Source of the DNA: a virus
Taxonomy: Duplodnaviria > Caudoviricetes
Strand: one strand, 5' to 3'
DNA length: 41,413 nt
Virus record (IMG/VR): IMGVR_UViG_3300017909_000863
Span: 1-41,413 of that record
Part shown: positions 35,132-41,413 of the stretch, piece after piece
Layout: each line of letters opens with the position of its first letter
Position numbering within the stretch: the stretch's first letter is position 1
Made by a program: the position numbers and the translations under genes
Notes under the pieces: generated by a model
The model's input: the letters and a program-made list of their open reading frames with translations, nothing else
Told to the model about the DNA's origin: nothing
Databases searched by the model: none

Positions 35132-37445
35132 TTTTAATCTCTTTCTTTATTTTTAAACCCTCCTTTAAAGCGTTCAGTTCAAGTTCTTTGTTTAATCGAT
35201 CTTGTACTTGACTATCTTTCTTTACACCTTCTACAAATCTAGCTTTTCTAATATTTAATTCTTCAGCTTTTAATTGAAGTTCAGCTTGATCTTTAGCATT
35301 CTGCTGTTGTTGCTTTACTTGTTCTTCACTCGGAGGTTGACTTTGAGCTAGAAGTTGAGCTGTTTGTGCTTCGAATTGAGCTAAAGCGTTTTCTACTTCT
35401 GGAGATAATTCTCCTTGTTCATTATCTTTATCTTTAAAGTCTATATTAGGAATTTGCATCTGCATTCCTGCTTGCATTCCTAAATTTTGCATAGTCATCT
35501 TATATTGATACGCTAAATGTTCCGCCATGTGTGCTAACATCGGACCTAAGATTGCTTGTTGTGCTTGTTTGTTTCCACCAAATCGTGGATCTGATAAAAA
35601 TTGTTGATGAACTGCAATATGGGCTGTATGATTTTGATCAGCGAATGCTTCAATCGGCTTTCCGTTTAATACTGCCATATTTTCTGAAACAGGGTCCATT
35701 CTTTTTGGCTCTATTTCTTCAAGTAATAGTTCTTCGGGCTGTGGAATATTTAAAGCACGCACTAATCGTTCATAAGCTTTACGCACATCGATAATTTGAG
35801 GAGCAGATTGTGCTAATTGAAGTTCAGTTTGCGCCATTGCTATTCTTTGTGCCGCTGAAAAAATATTTGGATCTGATACAGGGATAATATCGACACGTCC
35901 ATCGAAATCTTTTCGTCTAATCATCTTTTCATCACCGATAATTTCGTAAGGATATTCGTTATCTAAGAATTCTCCGTTCAATTCACCGATTAATTTAAGT
36001 TCTTTTCCTTGTGCCATGTGTAATCTTTTATGAATCGCACTAAATACTTTTGATCCTTGCTCAATCTGCGCTACAATGCTTCCAACAGGTGCTGAACTTG
36101 CTGCATCTCCAACCATAGCATCAGCAATTGAAGAAAATCTACGTCCAGATTCAGTTAAAATTCCTAATAACTGCATTAAAGTAGGCGATGGTTCTTTAAA
36201 TGGAAGTGGAATAAACGATTTTCTCAAGTCATCGCCGTAAGCTTCGACTTCAACCCACTCACCAGGAGATACTGTTATATCTCCACCTTCAATTCGAGCA
36301 CCTTTCGCTTTAAATCCACCATTTAGATTTGCAAATGCAGCACTATCTAGTAACGCTCTAAGAGCACCCGTGCTTGCATGTTGTAAACCTCCAATCATAT
36401 GTATTAAACCGAAGCCATAAAAACCTAAACCTGGTAAATATTTATAGTGAATGAAGTAAACTCTTTTGTTTTGTAACTCGTCATCTTCTTTCCAATTGCG
36501 TCTAATCGCTAAAACTTGTTGTGAAGAACGATCTATTGTAATTATGTAAGGTAACTCAATATCATCTTCATCATTTACTACATTATAATCAACATGAAAC
36601 TCTAAAACTTGTCTAGTTTGATCACTATTACCAGGGTTAATTCCGTCTATCTCGTCTAAAGTTTGTTGAATTTGAGTATCTTCACCATCATCTGAAGCTT
36701 GACTTAATTTTAAATCACGATAAAAACCACTTTTCATGTATTTTTTAACATCGTTAGTAGTTAATTTCATAATTTGAGTATATCGAGGAGAAGTATCTAA
36801 CTCTGTAGTGCTATATGAAACGACTAAATCTTCCGCAGGAATGAATTTAGTGCATACTTGATCTAACGTAGTGTCATAATAAACTTTTTTAAATGCTGAA
36901 CCTGCAAGAGATAAGTTAAATAACATCTGATCTAGTTCACTAAAGTAATCTGGCATTAATTGAGTAATTTGATAGTTCATAAATTCTTGAACTCTCTGTG
37001 CTTGTCGCTCTCTTTCTTCACTTATTTTTCCAACAATTTGTGTTTTAACAGGACCTCCTGGTGGAAACATTTCAGATATCGCTCTTGCTTGGAATTGAGT
37101 TGCAGCTTCTGCCATTAAAGGATTATGAACTCCAGAAGCACCAGGGAATGGGTCATCTCTTTCTTCAGAGATTACTCCTAACATTTTTAATCCTTTTGAA
37201 TATTGATCTTCCCAATCTTTTCTAGATGACTTATCGTTTTCAAATTTAGTTAAAAGATCAGAAGAAATTTCAGATAGTCTATCTTTATCTAGATCTTCAG
37301 CTAAGTTTGCATAATGATCTGTCTTATAAGGATTAACGAATTCTTCTTCCTCTTCCTCATCATCTTCAGAAATATCTATGTTAATAGAACCGTCTGATTC
37401 TACTTCTAATATATCTTCAATTTTATTTTTTTCTTCACTCGCCAC
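35121..37445 (-). CDS. Portal protein
   Basis: 774 aa; D..SRKDWE, PFPGASGVHNP, GSAFKKVY, GFYGFGL, IPVSDPN, Gln-rich coiled-coil C-terminus; between TerL and head genes. Confidence 0.9.
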   Translation of the reverse strand: MASEEKNKIEDILEVESDGSINIDISEDDEEEEEEFVNPYKTDHYANLAEDLDKDRLSEISSDLLTKFENDKSSRKDWEDQYSKGLKMLGVISEERDDPFPGASGVHNPLMAEAATQFQARAISEMFPPGGPVKTQIVGKISEERERQAQRVQEFMNYQITQLMPDYFSELDQMLFNLSLAGSAFKKVYYDTTLDQVCTKFIPAEDLVVSYSTTELDTSPRYTQIMKLTTNDVKKYMKSGFYRDLKLSQASDDGEDTQIQQTLDEIDGINPGNSDQTRQVLEFHVDYNVVNDEDDIELPYIITIDRSSQQVLAIRRNWKEDDELQNKRVYFIHYKYLPGLGFYGFGLIHMIGGLQHASTGALRALLDSAAFANLNGGFKAKGARIEGGDITVSPGEWVEVEAYGDDLRKSFIPLPFKEPSPTLMQLLGILTESGRRFSSIADAMVGDAASSAPVGSIVAQIEQGSKVFSAIHKRLHMAQGKELKLIGELNGEFLDNEYPYEIIGDEKMIRRKDFDGRVDIIPVSDPNIFSAAQRIAMAQTELQLAQSAPQIIDVRKAYERLVRALNIPQPEELLLEEIEPKRMDPVSENMAVLNGKPIEAFADQNHTAHIAVHQQFLSDPRFGGNKQAQQAILGPMLAHMAEHLAYQYKMTMQNLGMQAGMQMQIPNIDFKDKDNEQGELSPEVENALAQFEAQTAQLLAQSQPPSEEQVKQQQQNAKDQAELQLKAEELNIRKARFVEGVKKDSQVQDRLNKELELNALKEGLKIKKEIKNEK

Positions 37446-37689
37446 CTTGCATTCTCTCCTGTAGCTTAACTTTATCTCCGATTGGTAAATTTATAAAGTT
37501 AGTTCGTAATTCAAAAAACTTATCTGCCCAATTCGATAAACGATCAGTTAGAAATTTTATATGTAAATCTTTTTCTTTTAACGCTTGATCTTTCTGTGAA
37601 ACTTTCGATTGAAGTTTATTTACTTCCTTATCTAATCTTTTATTTTCTTTTCTTAATTTTTCTAATTCGTTTTCTAATTTAGTAGCCAT
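37435..37689 (-). CDS. Coiled-coil hypothetical protein
   Basis: Heptad pattern LENELEKLRKENKRLDKEVNKL; coupled on both sides. Confidence 0.65.
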   Translation of the reverse strand: MATKLENELEKLRKENKRLDKEVNKLQSKVSQKDQALKEKDLHIKFLTDRLSNWADKFFELRTNFINLPIGDKVKLQERMQGGE

Positions 37690-37970
37690 TACTTTTTCTT
37701 GCCTTTCTTTTTCGTTTTCTTCTTCGTGCCGTCTGCTTTTCTATTTTTACTTTTCTTACCTTTTAAAATATCAGCATCAACTTTAGCGGCCTTTCCACCT
37801 GTTAACGCTGAATTAACTCTTGCCATCGCCCATGCTTGTGGAGAAGCGCCCGTGCGATGACCCGAAGTTCTATGGGCAGCTAGTCCTCGATTATATATTT
37901 TTCTTAACGTAGATACAGACTTCCCTGTTTTTTTGGCTTTATTTTGAAGTGCTTTAGTTACATTAGACAT
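37689..37970 (-). CDS. Small basic protein
   Basis: LRKIYNRGLAAHRTSGHRTGASPQAWAMARVNS plus Lys-rich tail; resembles the viral DUF5824-type motif (recalled). Confidence 0.75.
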   Translation of the reverse strand: MSNVTKALQNKAKKTGKSVSTLRKIYNRGLAAHRTSGHRTGASPQAWAMARVNSALTGGKAAKVDADILKGKKSKNRKADGTKKKTKKKGKKK

Positions 37971-38203
37971 TATCCATACATCCTTTTAAATTTTGCTGTG
38001 TGTTTACTTTTCTTAGCACCGCCTTTATATCTTCCTTTAGAATCAAGATCGCCAGGAAGTGCTCCCTCTCCCTTATAGTTTTTATTTCGTTTCTTAATAG
38101 CTGCAGCCCTTCTTGAACGTAAACTACCAGAAGTTCCACTAAGATACTTTTTTGGAACACCCTTTTCTTTTGGTGCTCTTTTTAGTTTTTTTCTTTTTGC
38201 CAT
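37970..38203 (-). CDS. Small basic protein
   Basis: GVPKKYLSG...LPGD...KKSKHTAKFKRMYG. Confidence 0.7.
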   Translation of the reverse strand: MAKRKKLKRAPKEKGVPKKYLSGTSGSLRSRRAAAIKKRNKNYKGEGALPGDLDSKGRYKGGAKKSKHTAKFKRMYG

Positions 38204-38233
38204 TTTTTATCTGTTTTGGAAAAGATGATCTCC

Positions 38234-38515
38234 TTAACATCTCCACCTTCTTCTCGCTTGACGTAATCTAGAGTTTGGATCTTTTGCAGCTTTAGGAAAC
38301 TTTTTCATTTGACCCGCACTTCTAGCACAATAAGATTTTCTTCTAGCGGCACGTTTACCTTTAGGATTTTTTTCTGTAACCGCTGTTGATAATTTTGAAC
38401 CTGGATTTTCTCTACGATAACGAGCAACTCCTGCTTTCGTCATACCCGCACCCTTTTTAGTAGGGCGAAAATATTTCTTCGTCTTAGGAGGTTGCTTATC
38501 TCGTTTTCTAGGCAT
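38234..38515 (-). CDS. Small very basic protein
   Basis: GAGMTKAGVARYRRENPGSKL...RRKSYCARS...DPNSRLRQARRRWRC; resembles DUF6321-type viral proteins (recalled). Confidence 0.75.
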   Translation of the reverse strand: MPRKRDKQPPKTKKYFRPTKKGAGMTKAGVARYRRENPGSKLSTAVTEKNPKGKRAARRKSYCARSAGQMKKFPKAAKDPNSRLRQARRRWRC

Positions 38516-38649
38516 TAGTCTTTATCTTCTTCAGTATCAGGAAATTCTAAATCTATGTCACGTACAATTTCTGAAGCTTTATCTTCATCGCCAGCTTCTT
38601 GAGCATCTTTTAACATATCTTTTAACTGATCATATCTACTTCCACCCAT
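38515..38649 (-). CDS. 44-aa acidic protein (below ORF-track cutoff)
   Basis: MGGSRYDQLKDMLKDAQEAGDEDKASEIVRDIDLEFPDTEEDKD; AAGGAG RBS and TAATG coupling. Confidence 0.7.
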   Translation of the reverse strand: MGGSRYDQLKDMLKDAQEAGDEDKASEIVRDIDLEFPDTEEDKD

Positions 38650-38874
38650 AATTTACTCCTTATTCTTTTTTAAAAATTCTTTAATCGCTTCCGCAGCATC
38701 TTTTCCCATACCATCAGGTTTTACTGTCGTTGTCTTTTGACTATTATCTATAGATGCTTTTAAACGATTAATGTCTTGATCTGAAACAGGGTATACATTT
38801 TTTGTATTAGACATTACTTCATCTGACACAGATGATCCTTTTGCTTTTCTTCTACCACCCATAATTTACTCCTT
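38642..38874. repeat. Direct repeat: exact 20-mer CCACCCATAATTTACTCCTT at 38642-38661 and 38855-38874
   Basis: Each copy covers RBS, stop and the start of the next gene; degenerate similarity continues into the 3' ends of both upstream genes. Confidence 0.85.
38653..38862 (-). CDS. Small hypothetical protein, partial paralog of 38866..39081
   Basis: C-terminus TTTVKPDGMGKDAAEAIKEFLKKNKE. Confidence 0.75.
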   Translation of the reverse strand: MGGRRKAKGSSVSDEVMSNTKNVYPVSDQDINRLKASIDNSQKTTTVKPDGMGKDAAEAIKEFLKKNKE

Positions 38875-39081
38875 CCTATTTCTTAGGAATTCTTTTATTG
38901 CTGCTGAAGCATCTTTACCCATACCGTCAGGGTTTACTGTTGTTGTAATTTGACTACGATCTATACCATAACGGGCCGCTTCAGCTATTTGTTGTTCTTC
39001 AATATCTTCTAGAAGTTCTTTGTCTCTCGTGTAAAGACGTTTTCTAGAACCTCTAGGTGCATTTTTACCTTTTTGATACAT
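38866..39081 (-). CDS. Small hypothetical protein, partial paralog of 38653..38862
   Basis: C-terminus TTTVNPDGMGKDASAAIKEFLRNRKE. Confidence 0.75.
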   Translation of the reverse strand: MYQKGKNAPRGSRKRLYTRDKELLEDIEEQQIAEAARYGIDRSQITTTVNPDGMGKDASAAIKEFLRNRKE

Positions 39082-39257
39082 TACTTTTTCTTCTTTTTTA
39101 GACTTCTTAATTTTTTCATCATGTCTTTTGTAGACATTTTCTTTTTAGTCATCTTCTTTTTCTTGCCGCCCTTTTTCATCATAGCTTTTTCAATAGCCAT
39201 AGAACGTTTCTTTTCATAAGATGACATCTTGCCGTCTTTGTTTAAATCGCCTTTCAT
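39081..39257 (-). CDS. 58-aa Lys/Met-rich protein with EF-hand-like loop (below ORF-track cutoff)
   Basis: MKGDLNKDGKMSSYEKKRSMAIEKAMMKKGGKKKKMTKKKMSTKDMMKKLRSLKKKKK; AAGGGG RBS. Confidence 0.7.
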   Translation of the reverse strand: MKGDLNKDGKMSSYEKKRSMAIEKAMMKKGGKKKKMTKKKMSTKDMMKKLRSLKKKKK

Positions 39258-39260
39258 AAT

Positions 39261-39494
39261 TTACCCCTTTATTTTAATGACCATCATGCCACTCATTGTA
39301 ATGGGTGTTTCTTGCATGCTATCGCTGGTAATTTCTTTTCCTGGATTATTCATAGCTTCAACGAGCATTTCATCATCTCTAAGACAACCTGGATATTTAT
39401 CATAGAAACGATCATCTTCTTCAATTAAAGCTTTCGCATAATTAGGTCTAGATTTTGCCGGCATGGGCTTGGTCGCTTTGTACATACTTGCCAT
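39261..39494 (-). CDS. Small hypothetical protein
   Basis: ORF track; co-oriented, directly after TerL. Confidence 0.6.
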   Translation of the reverse strand: MASMYKATKPMPAKSRPNYAKALIEEDDRFYDKYPGCLRDDEMLVEAMNNPGKEITSDSMQETPITMSGMMVIKIKG

Positions 39495-39503
39495 AATAAA
39501 AAT

Positions 39504-39531
39504 ACTATAACGATATTTGTTTAACTGTAAA
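39504..39531 (-). promoter_or_regulatory. Putative sigma70-type promoter for the small-gene/portal operon
   Basis: TTTACA-16 nt-TATAGT, 9 nt before ATG 39494; no SD. Confidence 0.45.
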
Positions 39532-41029
39532 AGGACTTTTTCTGTAATACTCGATAAGGTTTATCGTCCCAATCTTCATCTTCGGGATCCATTGGGTGAG
39601 AAACTAAATAATTATCTCGTATAAGTTGCCATGCTTGTGTTGATGTATCAACTAAGTCATCATGTTTTCCGTATGGAAAAGAAGCACATTCTTCAATTAA
39701 ATCTTCTACCCATGATTCATTAGGAACCCAAATTAACCCTGTTTCTAACATGGAAGCTACGACATGTGCTCTTGAAACTTTATCTCGATCTGGTGTAAAT
39801 TCTTTCACAGGGATTCCTGCTCTTCGTAAGTCCTGAAGTAATGATTGCCCTGATGCTCGTTTCTCGACTAAGACGACATCGGGCTTCCAATCGAAAAATG
39901 ATTGTTGAGCCTCTTTTCGTAGTTCGGGATACTCAACACGATTACGCCAAGCTTCCAATAAAATTATACAAGCTTGATCTCTTCCTTCTTCGTCTATATG
40001 TGTAAATACTCCCCAAGTTGTTCTCGCTGAGTAATCAGCTGACTGTTTCGCTGAAAACGCAGTATCCCAAGATTGAATAATCGTGTGGCATCCAGGGAAT
40101 CTTTTCTTATCCCATACACGCCACCAATCTCTTTTTAAAATTTGCCCCTGTTCTGCTGATGGCTTCTGCTGGTACAAACTTTGCCAGACTCTTTCTCCGA
40201 CTGTCGCTTGAATCTTTTTTAATTTTTCAATAGGATAGGCTTCCGGCCATAGAGCATCCCCGTTATCGTTAATCGCAGGAAGATCTAAAACTTTCCACTG
40301 ACCTGGTTCATTTTCTAAAACGAAACCTGCGAGATCTTCTTCGTGCCATCTCGTTTGAATGATAATAATTTTTCCGCCTGGCATTAATCGTGTAAATGCG
40401 ACTGACTTATACCACTCAATTAAATTCCTTCTTTGAACTTGAGATTCCGCATCTTCACGCCCTTTTATTGGATCATCAATAATGAGCAAGTGTGCACCAC
40501 GACCTGTAATAGCACCACCCGCACCGACTGCTGAGTATGTTCCACCTTGAACTGTGTGAAAACGTTTCGCTGAAGTAGAATCATCTCGAAGTGTCGTGTT
40601 CGGAAAAACTTTCATAAACTCTTCCGATTTCACATGGTTACGAACCTTGCGTCCAAAATCATCAGCTAGTTCTTGAGCGTAAGTAGATTGAATAACGAAA
40701 TTTTTAGGATTACGACCAAGGAACCAGGCGGGAAACATTTCAGAACATAGCATCGACTTTCCATGTCTTGGCGGCATGAATATAGCTAAACGATCAAATT
40801 CATTATTTTCAAGCGCCTCTAGATTCTTAGCGATTAATTGTATATGAGCAGGAGTATTGTATCCATTATACATATGTTGAGCAAACTTTAGTATCGAAGT
40901 TTGTGCTCCAGATACTTCCTGTTTTTCTTTTTGGTTCTTGATGACCAGGAACGCTTTTTCTCGAATCTCTTGAGGAGCGTTTTTATCTAATATTATCTGT
41001 TCAGCTTTTTGTAGTATCTCTAAGTTCAT
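39521..41029 (-). CDS. terL: Terminase large subunit
   Basis: MPPRHGKS Walker A, GAITGRGAHLLIIDDP Walker B, TRWHEEDL, SWDTA, ADYSA, VEKRASG, FPYGKHDDLVD nuclease motifs. Exact start uncertain (41029 preferred). Confidence 0.95.
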   Translation of the reverse strand: MNLEILQKAEQIILDKNAPQEIREKAFLVIKNQKEKQEVSGAQTSILKFAQHMYNGYNTPAHIQLIAKNLEALENNEFDRLAIFMPPRHGKSMLCSEMFPAWFLGRNPKNFVIQSTYAQELADDFGRKVRNHVKSEEFMKVFPNTTLRDDSTSAKRFHTVQGGTYSAVGAGGAITGRGAHLLIIDDPIKGREDAESQVQRRNLIEWYKSVAFTRLMPGGKIIIIQTRWHEEDLAGFVLENEPGQWKVLDLPAINDNGDALWPEAYPIEKLKKIQATVGERVWQSLYQQKPSAEQGQILKRDWWRVWDKKRFPGCHTIIQSWDTAFSAKQSADYSARTTWGVFTHIDEEGRDQACIILLEAWRNRVEYPELRKEAQQSFFDWKPDVVLVEKRASGQSLLQDLRRAGIPVKEFTPDRDKVSRAHVVASMLETGLIWVPNESWVEDLIEECASFPYGKHDDLVDTSTQAWQLIRDNYLVSHPMDPEDEDWDDKPYRVLQKKSFYS

Positions 41030-41413
41030 AAAAGAAACTTTCATCATCTCCTGCGACCCATTTAGAATGATGCTCGACACTATATTCAATAGTCGAAACT
41101 TTATAATCTGGGAACGTCATTTCTTTCGGAGACAAACTTTTATCGTAAAATATAACTCGGTTATTGGGTTGCGCTGCATAGTGGCCGTTATCTAGTTCTA
41201 GAATATTAAACGACTTATGTTGGCTCGGGACTTCAGAATATCCGACATCAGGAATATTGGGATCAGGGTGAGCAGAATCTATCGTAAATAAATAAGTTCC
41301 GTAGTGCCAATTTTTACTTGGGGATAAATACTTGCAACGCCCTGTCCCGGGATTACATTTCTGGATTACAGCTACATGATAACTAAAACAATCCCATAAC
41401 TGTAACTCTTCTA
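41001..41413 (-). CDS. Conserved phage hypothetical protein, C-terminal part (truncated; not in ORF track)
   Basis: Open frame EELQLWDCFSY...GTYLFTID...QHKSFNILELDNGHYAAQPNNRVIF...ELRDTTKS*; overlaps the TerL start. Confidence 0.75.
   Translation of the reverse strand, partial: EELQLWDCFSYHVAVIQKCNPGTGRCKYLSPSKNWHYGTYLFTIDSAHPDPNIPDVGYSEVPSQHKSFNILELDNGHYAAQPNNRVIFYDKSLSPKEMTFPDYKVSTIEYSVEHHSKWVAGDDESFFYELRDTTKS

Noticed and set aside
4835-38160. Alternate-frame minus-strand ORFs (4835..5029, 8717..8944, 19868..20068, 21706..21900, 25893..26240, 32970..33179, 37963..38160)
   Set aside because: Nested in or antisense to better-supported genes; no recognisable motifs.
41030-41089. N-terminal extension of TerL in the ORF track
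   Set aside because: TTG start buried in the upstream gene; later ATGs are more plausible, although the exact start is unresolved.
1-41413. Prophage, alternative genetic code, tRNA or intron/intein
   Set aside because: No integrase or host genes; long ORFs are intact under code 11; gaps are too short or are explained by microgenes; TerL and helicases have normal lengths. Not confirmed with tRNAscan or Infernal.
1-41413. Impression of frequent CG dinucleotides as a footprint of the modification target
   Set aside because: Cannot be quantified by eye; needs observed/expected k-mer counts corrected for codon usage.

Overview
About 41 kb of an AT-rich tailed dsDNA phage genome (Caudoviricetes, podovirus-like), cut inside a gene at both ends. 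Gene content resembles uncultured marine phages; an alphaproteobacterial host is only a guess. All credible genes except a SNF2 helicase are on the minus strand. In transcription order (right to left): TerL, a cluster of tiny basic or duplicated genes, portal, GroES, scaffold, MCP, head-tail adaptors with an embedded glycosyltransferase, fibre genes, tail nozzle, GNAT, three ejection proteins, an uncalled PD-(D/E)XK nuclease, endolysin, holin and a four-gene envelope cassette. Then come the divergent SNF2 helicase and a replication/modification operon: SSB-like protein, primase, DEDDh exonuclease, UDP-glucuronate decarboxylase, UvrD helicase, class I methyltransferase, atypical C5-cytosine transferase and a MazG-like fragment. 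Best lead: the C5-MTase homolog has a remodelled cofactor pocket (motif X GN->AR, PCQ->PCA), suggesting DNA carboxymethylation/hypermodification rather than plain methylation. Second lead: a possible virion glycosylation system (UDP-xylose synthase, GT-A enzyme, Ser/Thr-rich 22-aa repeat protein). No CRISPR array, tRNA, integrase or DNA polymerase was seen. All assignments come from reading motifs by eye; no searches were run.
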